The position numbers were made by a program, and so were the translations under genes. The notes under the pieces are model-generated. The model made no database searches and had not been told where the DNA came from. It worked only from the letters and a program-made list of their open reading frames with translations. This document shows positions 10,819 to 25,644 of a stretch of DNA of 64,000 nt, piece after piece. Position 1 is the stretch's first letter, and each line of letters starts with the position of its first letter. This DNA is from Deferribacterales bacterium (lineage in GTDB: Bacteria > Chrysiogenota > Deferribacteres > Deferribacterales > Geovibrionaceae). The stretch lies in NCBI GenBank assembly GCA_050251945.1, contig JBFWLW010000002.1, positions 96,001-160,000 of the forward strand, read 5' to 3'.

Positions 10819-13227
10819 ATGTTGAAGCGATTCTTATTTGTTTTATTGTTCGCTCTCACCTGTGCTTTTATGCTTGCAGGATGCGGACAGGATGGTTCTG
10901 ACGGTGCTGACGGCACGAGCGCAGACACTGCAGCTATAATAGCGGAACTGCAGCAGCAGCTTGCAGACGGAACAATCACTATTGCCGAATACGAGGCCGC
11001 AATAGCTGAACTGCAGGCTGCGATTGAAGCAGCAGGAAAAATTTCATCTGTTGAATCCTGCGATACATGCCACGCAGAAGGCTCAGTTTATGAGCCCGGT
11101 CATAGCGGAAAACTGGCATCTTCCGGAACTCTTGTCGATTATACTAACGATTGGACAACCACTCTTGACAGTGTCACGATGGATGGTACAGCAAACACGG
11201 CTACAATTCTGTTCACTGTTACCAGCACAGGCGATGCTTTTTCAACCTCTGGTATAGGTGTTCTTCTTAACGTCTACGACTCAACTACAAATAGATGGTC
11301 GCAAATTGCTGATGCAGCAGGCGCCAGCGGAACAAGTACAACAATTACTGCAACAGGAACTGAAAACCAGTATCAGGCAGTAGTTACAGATACTGACATA
11401 ACAACAACCAGTGTTGCTGACGACACATTTATGATCCGTATTGCATATGCAAGCGGGGAAAATTCTTTTGCAATTGTCAGAATAGTGAAAAACAGTACTA
11501 TTTACGCAATGGATTCTGATGAAAACCCGAGAAACCTGTATAGCGATAACAGTTCAGACCCCAGCTGTGCAAAATGCCACGGCAAAGGCGAGTTTGAATT
11601 TGTTTCAGGTTCTCATGCTCACAATCCTTACACTATGCCCTATGTGACAGTTGACGGCGATGCTTGTCAGATATGCCACATCGGCGCAAGCACAACTGCT
11701 AAAAACCCCACAACTTTTGCAAGTAACTTCAAATCTGCGCTTGTTACCAAGATACACGGTATTCACGCGGCAGACGGAGCATACAGCTATACAAGCAGCT
11801 ATGAAGTTGATGCACCCAGCAATATGTCAGACTGCTCAGTATGCCACACAACTGACACTCAGCTTGCAAACGCTGTAGATAATACTAACTTCACATTTGA
11901 TCTCTGCGCCACATGCCACGGAGACAGTGTTTGGGACAGCGACCCTATAGTTGACGCATTTGATGCAGGAACACTTCCCAGTTTCCATAAAAACTATACA
12001 AGTGCAACCGATTGCCAGACAAGCTGCCACGACGGCGCGTCAGGTGCCGCAGCTACGGTCACACTTGAAACTATCCACTCAGAAAACACTCATAATATGG
12101 AAGTTTCACTGGGTAAAGATATTGCATATGTCATCGACTCTGTAAGCGTTTCCGGCAGCACCGGTACTATAAAATGGCAGGCGACTAAGTCAGGAGTTGC
12201 TCAGAATGTTCTCAGCACTTCGACTTCTGCGCCGGTTTTCAACAACATCAATTCCGAAAGCAGAGGCGGTAAATCTTACACTCCCGTATTCCGCTTCGGT
12301 TTTTACACCGGTGATGATATTACCAATCAGGGTAACTCAACTCAGGGCGGGCAGCCTACCCTGTCTGTAGCTATAAATGCGACAACAACTGTTGCGAGCT
12401 CAGATACCGGCTACTATGAAACAACCTTTACAATTCCGTCTACAGTGACCGCAGAAAACGGGGTTGTGATTCTTGAAGGCGTTCCTGTAGTTTGGGCGAC
12501 TGTAAACAACACCAGCACAGCATTTCTTGCTATAGTGGATTCTGTTTCTAAAAACTTCAAAGTCTCCGACGGCTCTGATATAGATGCACGTCGTGAGGTT
12601 GTTGATATGGAACTTTGCAAAAGCTGTCACACCGACATTCTCGGTCACGGGCACAGCAGGGTCAACAGCATAGAAACATGCGTACTCTGCCACAACCCTA
12701 ACGCCACTGATGCCTCGCCAAGAACTTCACTTGCCGCTCTTGGCTATGACACATCTGCAGACGGAAAAACCCAGCAGTCTTACGACTTGAAAGTCATGAT
12801 CCACAACATCCACTCAACGACTTTCACTGGCACTCCTTACTTTGTATACCGTTCAAGAGGCATTTACGCATTCTATAACGGAGATGATTCCACGCTGCCT
12901 TCTGATTTCGGCACAACCGGAGACGGAAGCACTAGCTGGAATAAGGTTAAGATACAATATCCCAGATCAATTGCATCATGTGACGCATGCCACATTAATG
13001 ACAGTCAGTTCGGCGCTGATCAGTCAAAGGCAATTCCTGTGACTGTTGATCAGGGCGATGATCTGACAACTCATGATGATGACACGGTTATCGGACCCAA
13101 TGCTGCAGCTTGTACAAGCTGTCACAAAGGAAGTATTTCGGATACCGTATCGACAACATCTCACACCAGAACTTTCGGGTATTACGTTAAGATGATTAAG
13201 GAAGAAATACTCGCTCTTATAAGCTGA
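10819..13227 (+). CDS. Decaheme c-type cytochrome lipoprotein, OmcA/MtrC-like
   Basis: Lipobox LAGC; 9 CxxCH plus 1 CxxxCH (CQTSCH); CVLCHNPN, MIHNIH and YPRSIASCDACH are MtrC-like motifs. Confidence 0.88.
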   Translation: MLKRFLFVLLFALTCAFMLAGCGQDGSDGADGTSADTAAIIAELQQQLADGTITIAEYEAAIAELQAAIEAAGKISSVESCDTCHAEGSVYEPGHSGKLASSGTLVDYTNDWTTTLDSVTMDGTANTATILFTVTSTGDAFSTSGIGVLLNVYDSTTNRWSQIADAAGASGTSTTITATGTENQYQAVVTDTDITTTSVADDTFMIRIAYASGENSFAIVRIVKNSTIYAMDSDENPRNLYSDNSSDPSCAKCHGKGEFEFVSGSHAHNPYTMPYVTVDGDACQICHIGASTTAKNPTTFASNFKSALVTKIHGIHAADGAYSYTSSYEVDAPSNMSDCSVCHTTDTQLANAVDNTNFTFDLCATCHGDSVWDSDPIVDAFDAGTLPSFHKNYTSATDCQTSCHDGASGAAATVTLETIHSENTHNMEVSLGKDIAYVIDSVSVSGSTGTIKWQATKSGVAQNVLSTSTSAPVFNNINSESRGGKSYTPVFRFGFYTGDDITNQGNSTQGGQPTLSVAINATTTVASSDTGYYETTFTIPSTVTAENGVVILEGVPVVWATVNNTSTAFLAIVDSVSKNFKVSDGSDIDARREVVDMELCKSCHTDILGHGHSRVNSIETCVLCHNPNATDASPRTSLAALGYDTSADGKTQQSYDLKVMIHNIHSTTFTGTPYFVYRSRGIYAFYNGDDSTLPSDFGTTGDGSTSWNKVKIQYPRSIASCDACHINDSQFGADQSKAIPVTVDQGDDLTTHDDDTVIGPNAAACTSCHKGSISDTVSTTSHTRTFGYYVKMIKEEILALIS

Positions 13228-13252
13228 TATTTCGGATTTGATAATCACACAC

Positions 13253-13432
13253 GGGGCGCTTTACGGCGCCCCCAGGTTGTTGACAAACTACAGATTCATA
13301 CAAACCCATTAGACTGCTTCGGGCTAAAGCCCTCGCAGAGACAGGTTTTTCTTTCCGTCTTTGCGAGCGAAGCGAAGCAATCTAGTCTTTTCTCCTCTTT
13401 GTCATCAGTCTGGGGGCGCTTTACGGCGCCCC
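13253..13432. mobile_element. MITE copy A (13273-13412) with 20 bp duplicated terminator hairpin
   Basis: Direct repeat GGGGCGCTTTACGGCGCCCC at 13253 and 13413; ends CAGGTTGTTGACAAA / TTTGTCATCAGTCTG; internal REP-like palindrome. Confidence 0.85.
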
Positions 13433-13586
13433 TTTTTTATATGAAATTAACAGAAGAGCAAACAGGTCCTATAGGTAAGCTGAGAAAAGCGAAAAACAGA
13501 AACTGCAAATTCGGTTTATAACTTCCTGATAATGCTTTTTTACCGAAAGATACGAAATATAAATCTATTGAACGTATGCAGCAATT

Positions 13587-13622
13587 TGCCAAATACGGCA
13601 GTATTAATCACCAAATATGGTG
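13587..13622 (+). promoter_or_regulatory. Paired palindromic upstream activator sites, copy 2
   Basis: TGCCaaatacGGCA (13587-13600) and CACCaaatatGGTG (13609-13622), 22 bp apart. Confidence 0.65.
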
Positions 13623-13673
13623 AAAACAACTCTGTTTAAAATTTTTCATTAATAATATCAATAATATACTATC

Positions 13674-13689
13674 AGGCACATCTATTGCT
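13674..13689 (+). promoter_or_regulatory. Sigma54 -24/-12 promoter of cytochrome 2
   Basis: AGGCAC-atcta-TTGCT; paralogous to 10485-10500. Confidence 0.82.
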
Positions 13690-13772
13690 CTATGTTCGAG
13701 AATATATCTGATTAAAACGATTAAGTGCGTGGTAAGAAAAAATAATATTTAAAACCCCTCAACTGAAAGTTT

Positions 13773-14007
13773 GCACGGGAAGCCGGAGATGCAAAAGCCG
13801 TTAGCCTCCAAATTATCGGTTTTAACATCTTATTCTCACTTTCACACAAAAGTGATGGCTTCCGGTGCTTTTTTGAAACTCTATCAAGTATTTTTCCATA
13901 TGGCAACAAACTCTTGCCAATGATGAGACCGCAGGAAATTTTCAGGAGGCTAATTTATTGATCCTGTGCGTTTTTCACAAGCAGAGTTATATATAGGAGG
14001 CTAATTT
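13773..14007 (+). ncRNA. Candidate structured cis-regulatory leader RNA, copy 2
   Basis: Same fold as copy 1, with compensatory stem changes. Confidence 0.65.
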
Positions 14008-16266
14008 ATGTTGAAGCGATTCTTATTTGTTTTATTGTTCGCTTTCACCTGTGCTTTTGTGCTTACAGGATGCGGACAGGATGGTTCTGACGGTGCTGAC
14101 GGCACAAGCGCAGATACTGAGGCTATAATAGCTGAACTGCAAGCGCAGCTTGCTAGCGGTGAAATCACTATCCAGGAATATGAAGATGCCATAGCGGATC
14201 TCCAATCTCAACTCAACTCTTCAAAAATTTCTCAGGTTGAATCCTGCTCCGTGTGCCACGATTCATCTGATATACATGAAGTTTCTGTGGGTCTTTACCA
14301 AGCAGCAAGTGTTTCTCTTACAATTAACTCGGCCACGCAAGCCACTTTAACGTTTAAGGCTGCTAAAGACGGTGTAAATAGGACTGACACAATCGGGCTT
14401 AGGCATGGATCTTTGTATTTCTATGACTCCGCCAACAGCGGATACAACAGATACGGTATAGATTCTTATGTTACAACTACCGGACCTGATTCAGACGGAA
14501 CTTACACATCCGTGATAGACATATCCGCAGATACAACACTCACAAGCAAGATTGATCTCACGAGTACTGATGTCAGGTATTGGCTTTCATACGGCAACAG
14601 CGGCGCAACCAATACAAACAATTTTGAAGTTGTTGAAGACTATCCTGAATCTCCTAACCCTTCAATAACAGATGCAAGCTGTCTCGGTTGCCACTCTGAT
14701 TTTATCTGGCAATACGGTACAAACAAAGCGACAAATTCGTATCACCACGGATCAACACCGCAAGGTGCCGAATCATGCATAGTTTGTCATTCCAGATATG
14801 ACAGCAACAGCGGCACAACTTTTATGCAATACGTACACGGCATACATAGCTCCGGCGAAGGTACAAATGGATATAAAACAATCAACTCCAAGCAGTTTAG
14901 TGTTCACTATCCTCAATCGCTTGCAAACTGTGTGACTTGTCATAATTCCGATGAAAGTCTTGAAGACGCTACGGCTGACTCGCAGTTTACTTACACTGTA
15001 TGTATGACATGTCATGAAAGCTGGGATTCTTTCGATAACCTGCCTTCTGCGATTGATCACACAGGATATACATCAGCTACAACCTGTACCACATGCCACA
15101 GCACAAGTGCAGCTATTGCACCTACTTTTGCAGAACTTCACACAGGTGTTGAAAAAGCAAGAACCTACAATATAGTTTATTTCACTCCCGAAATAACTGT
15201 TGATACTACAAACAGCAAGATATCTGTTGTTTGGGGTGCATTTGAAGATGCTGACGGTGATGGCGTATATACTTCAGGTACAGACACAGTACTCGATGTA
15301 ACCCAGACATCCGATTCCGCAGCACCGATATTTATGCAAAGCTATACAGACAGAGTTGTCGACGGTATTGCAAAATCTGAAGGTGTAAGAATACTTGTCG
15401 GTTACTACGGATTTGGAACAGATGATGTTGTAGCTTACAGCAGCTATGCTAAATCTGCTCTTACGACAACCGATTCAGCAACATCAGGTTACACTACCTA
15501 CAGCTCTTCAACAGGCAAAGCGACAACCACTATAGCTCTCAGCACGTCTAATATCAGTAGTTATGAGTCTACAAAAGGTATCGTAGGTATCATCGGTATT
15601 CCGTGGGTTAACGGTGAAAACGCATACGTTACAAGCGTTACGAAAGAGTTCAATATGGACGGAACAGCTGTTACTGCACGTACAGCTGTCATTAATAATG
15701 ACAATTGCGACGCATGTCACACAAGCGTAGCTCCCGCAGGCGCCAACGGTATCGCAATCCACCTGAATGAAGACTCTTCAGGCGCACACGGACACACTGC
15801 TATCGGCAGCGTTGATGCCTGTAGAATTTGCCACAACTCAAGCTCTGCAGCAGGTCACTATGCACAGCAGTCAAGGTCAATCGACTCTTACCTTCACGCT
15901 ATCCACGCTGAACAGCCTACACTTGCATCATATGACTCACTGACAATCAAATATCCTAACTATATTAAAGATTGCTCAGTATGCCACGATGACGGTACAT
16001 ACGAAGCACCTGATCAGACTAAAGCAGTTGGTGGTGTTGTTAGCGGAAGTGAACAGTCTGACGGGACTCTTTTGTCTTCCGATCAGGTTGTTACCGGTCC
16101 TGGTGCAGTTGCCTGTGGCTCATGTCACAAAGCACTCGCCATTGCTGACGATGACTCCGCGACTGTAACTTCTATCAATGCACATACAGGTTCTTTCGGA
16201 TACAGAGTATCTGTTTCCTCTATGCCTTATCTGGAAGTACTTCAGGCTGTTTTTGCCTTGTTTTAA
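14008..16266 (+). CDS. Decaheme c-type cytochrome lipoprotein, OmcA/MtrC-like
   Basis: Lipobox LTGC; 10 CxxCH motifs; YVHGIH, YPQSLANCVTCH, YLHAIH. Confidence 0.88.
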   Translation: MLKRFLFVLLFAFTCAFVLTGCGQDGSDGADGTSADTEAIIAELQAQLASGEITIQEYEDAIADLQSQLNSSKISQVESCSVCHDSSDIHEVSVGLYQAASVSLTINSATQATLTFKAAKDGVNRTDTIGLRHGSLYFYDSANSGYNRYGIDSYVTTTGPDSDGTYTSVIDISADTTLTSKIDLTSTDVRYWLSYGNSGATNTNNFEVVEDYPESPNPSITDASCLGCHSDFIWQYGTNKATNSYHHGSTPQGAESCIVCHSRYDSNSGTTFMQYVHGIHSSGEGTNGYKTINSKQFSVHYPQSLANCVTCHNSDESLEDATADSQFTYTVCMTCHESWDSFDNLPSAIDHTGYTSATTCTTCHSTSAAIAPTFAELHTGVEKARTYNIVYFTPEITVDTTNSKISVVWGAFEDADGDGVYTSGTDTVLDVTQTSDSAAPIFMQSYTDRVVDGIAKSEGVRILVGYYGFGTDDVVAYSSYAKSALTTTDSATSGYTTYSSSTGKATTTIALSTSNISSYESTKGIVGIIGIPWVNGENAYVTSVTKEFNMDGTAVTARTAVINNDNCDACHTSVAPAGANGIAIHLNEDSSGAHGHTAIGSVDACRICHNSSSAAGHYAQQSRSIDSYLHAIHAEQPTLASYDSLTIKYPNYIKDCSVCHDDGTYEAPDQTKAVGGVVSGSEQSDGTLLSSDQVVTGPGAVACGSCHKALAIADDDSATVTSINAHTGSFGYRVSVSSMPYLEVLQAVFALF

Positions 16267-16286
16267 GCAATAATAACCTGGCATAT

Positions 16287-16312
16287 AAGGGGCTTTCTGA
16301 GCCCCTTTTTTT
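16287..16312 (+). terminator. Intrinsic terminator after cytochrome 2
   Basis: AAGGGGCT-ttctg-AGCCCC followed by T7. Confidence 0.8.
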
Positions 16313-16444
16313 ATCTTTCCAATAGTATATTTCACACCTGATTCAAAACTATTGAACTCAATAAACTATTAATGATAAATCAGATTAACAAAATATGAGA
16401 TTGTCCTGAGAATTTTATGAATCCACAAAAGAGCTTTGACCTCG

Positions 16445-16473
16445 AAAAAAAAGGGCGGTCTGAAACCGCCCTT
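16445..16473 (-). terminator. Intrinsic terminator after rpoC
   Basis: GGGCGGT/ACCGCCC hairpin with T8 tail on the minus strand. Confidence 0.85.
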
Positions 16474-16482
16474 ATCGTGTGA

Positions 16483-20547
<4,065 letters not shown>

Positions 20548-20550
20548 ATG

Positions 20551-23500
20551 TTATGAGTCCTCCGTAGTGTCTTCTTCTTTTACAGCATCCTCTGGAAGTT
20601 CGATTACACCGTCTTCGTTGGATGTCAGCAGTTCTATGTCAAGTGCCAGACCCTGAAGTTCTTTGATAAGAACGTTAAAGGATTCCGGCATGCTCGGGCT
20701 GAATGAGAAGTTTCCGTTAACGATGGCTTCGTATACTGTCGTACGTCCCTCAACGTCATCGGATTTGACTGTAAGCATTTCCTGAAGGATATGCGCGGCA
20801 CCGTATGCCTCAAGCGCCCAAACCTCCATCTCTCCAAGTCTCTGTCCGCCGAACTGAGCTTTACCGCCCAGAGGCTGCTGAGTAACCAGAGAGTAGGGAC
20901 CTGTTGAACGTGCATGGAGCTTCGTATCAACAAGGTGGTGCAGCTTAAGGAAGTACATAATACCTACGGTAACTTCCTGCTCGAATTTCTCACCTGTTCT
21001 GCCGTCGTAAAGATTGGTCTGACCGTCGGTCTGGAAACCCGCCTCTGTCAGCATCTCTTTGATATCCTGTTCGCGTGCGCCGTCGAAAACTTCGGTCGCA
21101 ACCTTAATACCGAGCGCGCGTGCAGCCCAGCCAAGGTGAACCTCAAGAATCTGACCGACGTTCATACGCGAAGGAACCGACAGGGGGTTCAGAACGATGT
21201 CAACCGGTGTTCCGTCGGGCAGGTAGGGCATGTCCTGGATAGGAAGGATTCGTGAAACGACACCCTTGTTACCGTGACGACCAGCCATTTTGTCACCGAC
21301 AGACAGTTTTCTTTTGATAGCAACATATACTTTTACGGATTTCAGAACGCCTGCCGGAAGTTCGTCGCCCTTCTCAACTTTGCGTTTCTTATCCTTATAA
21401 TAATCGTCCGACTCTTTTACCTTCTCGAAGTAGATGGCGTTTATCTTCTTAACTTTTGCGTCAAGATCTCTTGCCTCTGCAACGTCGAGCTGGATAAGAT
21501 CCGTATAGGGAAGTCTGCAAAGAACTTCCTCCGACAGAACCGTGCCGGACGGAATGCTTGCTGTTGGCGAAGAGTATTCGCTTTTCAGCGCAAGCCCGAT
21601 GAAGAGTTCCGCAATCTTTTCGTTCCTTGATTTCTCAAGAGCCTTCAGTTCACGTTCGTAATCCTTCTGGATAGTGATGTACTCTTCTTTCTCAATCTGC
21701 TCTGTTCTGTAGTCTTTGTCTATGCCCCTTCTTGTCATCACCTGTACGTCAACAACAGTACCGTAGATGCTCGGGGGAACTCTGAGCGATGCGTCTTTAA
21801 CGTCGCCCGCTTTTTCACCGAAAATTGCGCGAAGGAGTTTCTCTTCGGGTGTCGCCTGAGTTTCACCTTTGGGAGTAACCTTACCCACGAGGATATCGCG
21901 GGGTTTAACCCTTGCGCCGATGCGGATGATACCTGATTCGTCAAGATCTTTCAGAGCCTCGTCGGATACGTTGGGAATATCAGCGGTTATCTCTTCAGGT
22001 CCCAGCTTGGTATCTCTCGCCTCAATTTCGAACTCCTCGATGTGGATAGACGTGTATCTGTCCTCACGAACAACCCTTTCGGATATAAGAATGGAGTCCT
22101 CATAGTTGTAACCCATCCAGGGCATGAACGCGAGAACCATGTTCTGACCGAGAGCCAGTTCACCGTTATCGGTTGCGGGTCCGCCTGCAAGGAAAGACCC
22201 CACATGAACTCTTTCCCCGGGTTTTACGATGGGTTTAAAGTTGATGCATGTATCCTGATTGGATCTTCTGTATTTAACAAGTTCATATACATCCAGACCG
22301 AAGTCCTCGCCATCTGTGTAGCGGATGCATATTTTTGATGAATCAATGTATTCAACAACGCCTGCTCTCTTGGCGGTAATGACCGCACCGGAGTCAACGG
22401 CAACTTTCTGCTCCAGACCTGTACCCACGATAGGGGAGTCGGTACGGATAAGCGGAACAGCCTGACGCTGCATGTTTGAACCCATAAGTGCACGGTTCGC
22501 ATCATCGTGCTCAAGGAACGGGATAAGTGCTGCGGACACTGAAACGATCTGCTTGGGTGAGATATCCATGAACTGAATAGTCTCTTTGGGAGTAAGCAGA
22601 GGTTCGCCAAGGTGCCTTGCAGCAGCGAAATCTTTTACAAACGAACCGTCCTCATTAAGAGGCGCGTTCGCCTGTGCGATGTAGTAATCCTCTTCCTCAA
22701 TAGCCGACATGTAAACAACCTGATCTGTAACGACGCAGTTGTTGACCTTTCTGTAAGGAGTTTCGATGAAACCGAACTCGTTAACTTTCGCATAGGTCGT
22801 CAGCGATGTGATAAGACCGATGTTGGGACCTTCAGGTGTCTCAATGGGGCAGATACGTCCGTAGTGAGACGTGTGAACGTCACGAACCTCAAAGCCAGCC
22901 CTGTCTCGGTTAAGACCGCCGGGACCGAGTGCGGAGAGTCTTCTTTTGTGAGTGATCTCGCTCAGGGGGTTTGTCTGATCCATGAACTGGGAAAGCTGAT
23001 AGCTTCCGAAGAACTCTTTAATGGATGCAGACAGAGGTTTGGCGTTCAGAAGATCCTGAGGTGTCAGGTCTTCAACATCCTGAATACTCATCCTTTCCTT
23101 AACAGTCTTTTCCATTCTGGAAAGACCGATACGGATGTGGTTCTGGAGCTGTTCGCCTGCCGCTCTTACACGTCTGTGACCAAGGTGGTCGATGTCGTCC
23201 ACACGGTCAAGACCTTTACGGATGTTTTCCAGAACGCGGATTGTCTCAACTATATCTTCTTTAGTAAGCGTAGTCGTATCAAGGTTAACGGAGAGACCAA
23301 GTCTCTTGTTGATCTTGAGCCTGCCCACTTTCGACAGGTCATATCTCTTCGGATTGAAGAACAGGTTGTCGAAAAGAGTTCTGGCGGTGTCCTCTGTCGC
23401 GGGTTCGCCGGGACGGAGTTTTTTGTATATGTCGATAAGCGCTTCTTCCTGAGTTTTCACTTTGTCAGCAGCGAGGATATCCCTCATAACGCTGTCGGCG

Positions 23501-24546
23501 GTGAGCCTGTCTATGAAAAGCACTTTAAAGTTCTGTACGTTAGCTTCCTTGATCTTGTCGAAAAGCTCAAGCGAAACCTGAGTGTTGGCTTCGATAAGAA
23601 CTTCGCCGAAGCTGTCAAACACATCTTCCGCAAAGAAAGTATGTTCGATATCTTCAAAAGTTATAGGCAGTTTTGAAATGCCGGCTTTCGAGATACGCTT
23701 TCTGGAAGCTTTAGTTATCTTGTGCCCCGCTTTGACGATAACGTTGCCCTCTTCATCAAGGATATCCAGACTGTTGCGCAGTCCGAGAATGATATCCTCG
23801 TTGAATTCCTTGAACATGTTCTCGCCTTCAAAGAATATGTTTTCTTTGGTGTAGTACATGTTAAGGACATCATGTTCGGTGTATCCCAGTGCTTTCAGAA
23901 GAACTGTCGACGGGATCTTACGTTTTTTGTCAATGCGGACGTACATGATATTCTTCGAGTCGAAGTCGAAATCTATCCATGAACCCCTGTAAGGGATTAT
24001 TCTCGCGCTGAAAAGGTGTTTCTCGATAACGCCTTTGGAAGACGTAAGGTCTTCAAAGAAGATACCGGGAGAACGGTGGAGCTGATTTACGATAACCCTT
24101 TCCACTCCGTTGATAACAAAAGTACCGCGGTCTGTCATAAGAGGAATATCGCAAAGATAGACCTCCGATTCCTTGGCAGAAACAACTGATTTCTCACCTG
24201 TTTCCTCGTTGACATCATAAGTTACCAGCCTGACTTTGATTTTCAGCGGGGCAGCATATGTTGTACTTCTGTCAATTGCCTCAGAGGGTGTGTATTTCTG
24301 CTTCTCTATTGTATAGCTGATATACTCCAGCACGGCGGTCTCGTTAAAGTCCGTGATGGGGAATATCTCTCTGAAGACCTCTTCCAGTCCTTTATGTTTA
24401 CGGCTATCGGGCTGAGCTTCGGCCTGCAGAAACTCTACATATGAGTCTCTCTGCACCTCAATGAGATCCGGTATATCAATAACCTTATTGATTCGGGAAA
24501 AGTTGCGTCTCTCGGTGGGTTTGCTGGTCAAATTCATTCGTTTCAC
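20551..24546 (-). CDS. rpoB: RNA polymerase beta subunit
   Basis: [22 protein letters not shown]; start GTG 24546 or ATG 24537. Confidence 0.99.
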   Translation of the reverse strand: MKRMNLTSKPTERRNFSRINKVIDIPDLIEVQRDSYVEFLQAEAQPDSRKHKGLEEVFREIFPITDFNETAVLEYISYTIEKQKYTPSEAIDRSTTYAAPLKIKVRLVTYDVNEETGEKSVVSAKESEVYLCDIPLMTDRGTFVINGVERVIVNQLHRSPGIFFEDLTSSKGVIEKHLFSARIIPYRGSWIDFDFDSKNIMYVRIDKKRKIPSTVLLKALGYTEHDVLNMYYTKENIFFEGENMFKEFNEDIILGLRNSLDILDEEGNVIVKAGHKITKASRKRISKAGISKLPITFEDIEHTFFAEDVFDSFGEVLIEANTQVSLELFDKIKEANVQNFKVLFIDRLTADSVMRDILAADKVKTQEEALIDIYKKLRPGEPATEDTARTLFDNLFFNPKRYDLSKVGRLKINKRLGLSVNLDTTTLTKEDIVETIRVLENIRKGLDRVDDIDHLGHRRVRAAGEQLQNHIRIGLSRMEKTVKERMSIQDVEDLTPQDLLNAKPLSASIKEFFGSYQLSQFMDQTNPLSEITHKRRLSALGPGGLNRDRAGFEVRDVHTSHYGRICPIETPEGPNIGLITSLTTYAKVNEFGFIETPYRKVNNCVVTDQVVYMSAIEEEDYYIAQANAPLNEDGSFVKDFAAARHLGEPLLTPKETIQFMDISPKQIVSVSAALIPFLEHDDANRALMGSNMQRQAVPLIRTDSPIVGTGLEQKVAVDSGAVITAKRAGVVEYIDSSKICIRYTDGEDFGLDVYELVKYRRSNQDTCINFKPIVKPGERVHVGSFLAGGPATDNGELALGQNMVLAFMPWMGYNYEDSILISERVVREDRYTSIHIEEFEIEARDTKLGPEEITADIPNVSDEALKDLDESGIIRIGARVKPRDILVGKVTPKGETQATPEEKLLRAIFGEKAGDVKDASLRVPPSIYGTVVDVQVMTRRGIDKDYRTEQIEKEEYITIQKDYERELKALEKSRNEKIAELFIGLALKSEYSSPTASIPSGTVLSEEVLCRLPYTDLIQLDVAEARDLDAKVKKINAIYFEKVKESDDYYKDKKRKVEKGDELPAGVLKSVKVYVAIKRKLSVGDKMAGRHGNKGVVSRILPIQDMPYLPDGTPVDIVLNPLSVPSRMNVGQILEVHLGWAARALGIKVATEVFDGAREQDIKEMLTEAGFQTDGQTNLYDGRTGEKFEQEVTVGIMYFLKLHHLVDTKLHARSTGPYSLVTQQPLGGKAQFGGQRLGEMEVWALEAYGAAHILQEMLTVKSDDVEGRTTVYEAIVNGNFSFSPSMPESFNVLIKELQGLALDIELLTSNEDGVIELPEDAVKEEDTTEDS

Positions 24547-24566
24547 CTTCCGGTAAATTATTAACG

Positions 24567-24596
24567 AAAGAGGGGGGAGCAGTGCTCCCCCTTTTT
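24567..24596 (-). terminator. rplL-rpoB intergenic hairpin (attenuator/terminator)
   Basis: GGGGGAGC/GCTCCCCC hairpin. Confidence 0.65.
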
Positions 24597-24632
24597 AGGA
24601 TTGCTTGTTTAACAGTAACTTAGAAGAAGTTG

Positions 24633-25010
24633 TTACTTAACTTCTACAGTTGCGCCTGCTTCTTCAAGTTTAGCTTTGATAGAAGCTGCTTCCTCTTTAG
24701 TTACACCCTCTTTAACGGGTTTCGGAGCTTCATCAACAACAGCCTTAGCCTCTTTCAGTCCAAGACCGGTAAGCTCTCTAACAACTTTGATAACCTGAAC
24801 TTTTTTGTCTCCGCCCGCAGTAATTACTACTGTGAACTCTGTTTGCTCTTCAACAGCTTCTGCTGCTGCAGCGGGAGCTGCAACCATAGCTGCTACGGGA
24901 GCTGCGGCAGACACGCCGAATTTTTCTTCGAGCTCTTTTACGAAATCAGCAAGCTCGATAACAGTCATTTTCTCGATAAATTCAATTACTTGATCCTTAG
25001 TTACAGACAT
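24633..25010 (-). CDS. rplL: 50S ribosomal protein L7/L12
   Basis: [19 protein letters not shown]. Confidence 0.98.
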   Translation of the reverse strand: MSVTKDQVIEFIEKMTVIELADFVKELEEKFGVSAAAPVAAMVAAPAAAAEAVEEQTEFTVVITAGGDKKVQVIKVVRELTGLGLKEAKAVVDEAPKPVKEGVTKEEAASIKAKLEEAGATVEVK

Positions 25011-25022
25011 CTGTGTCCTCCA

Positions 25023-25541
25023 TTAATTCTGTTTTTTATCTTTCACAGCGTTCAGAACGTTCAGCAGGCTTCTAGGTATGTTAGCAAGAAGCGAAACGAA
25101 GTTGACGACAGGTGCATTCATAGAACCAAGCATTTTGGCGAGCAGTTCTTCACGGCTCGGCAGGTCTGCCAGACGGTTCACATCATCTGCTGTGAGCCTG
25201 CTACCTTCAAGGTAACCGGCTTTGATATTAAACTTATCATAGGACTTAGCGAATTTCTTGAATTCTTTGGCGACAGCGGCAACGTCGCCTTTTACGATTG
25301 CGCAAGTAGTGGGCTCTTTCAGATATTCATCCAGAGCGGTAATGTCATTGTCGTGAAGGGCAATTTTCAGAAGCGTGTTCTTGACTACTTTGAAATCACT
25401 TCCCTGTGATTTGATAGCCGCGCGGATTGCGGTTATCTGAGGGAAGGTAAGCCCTTTATAGTTTGCCAAGAACAGCGCATCAGCACTTTTAACCTGTTCG
25501 GCAAGTGCATTAACCAATTGTTCTTTATCAGCTCTTTTCAC
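25023..25541 (-). CDS. rplJ: 50S ribosomal protein L10
   Basis: KVVKNTL, LADLPSREELLA. Confidence 0.97.
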   Translation of the reverse strand: MKRADKEQLVNALAEQVKSADALFLANYKGLTFPQITAIRAAIKSQGSDFKVVKNTLLKIALHDNDITALDEYLKEPTTCAIVKGDVAAVAKEFKKFAKSYDKFNIKAGYLEGSRLTADDVNRLADLPSREELLAKMLGSMNAPVVNFVSLLANIPRSLLNVLNAVKDKKQN

Positions 25542-25573
25542 GCTGTTCCTCCGTTTCCGGTTGTCTATTGCAA

Positions 25574-25630
25574 CCGATTTCCGCAGGATTTATCACGCCC
25601 TATTGCAGACGCAACCTGCTTCTTTAACCG
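25574..25630 (-). ncRNA. L10 ribosomal protein leader
   Basis: Minus strand CGGTTAAAGAAGCAGG...AAATCCTGCGGAAATCGG upstream of rplJ; resembles the L10-leader core. Confidence 0.65.
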
Positions 25631-25644
25631 AATAATTTCCGTTC

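Noticed and set aside
8640..16440. Prophage or integrative element as origin of the cytochrome island
   Set aside because: No integrase, att-like flanking repeats or phage genes seen.
22612..23676. 354-aa plus-strand ORF and other long antisense ORFs in rpoBC, fusA and the RND gene
   Set aside because: Antisense to conserved genes; explained by codon bias.
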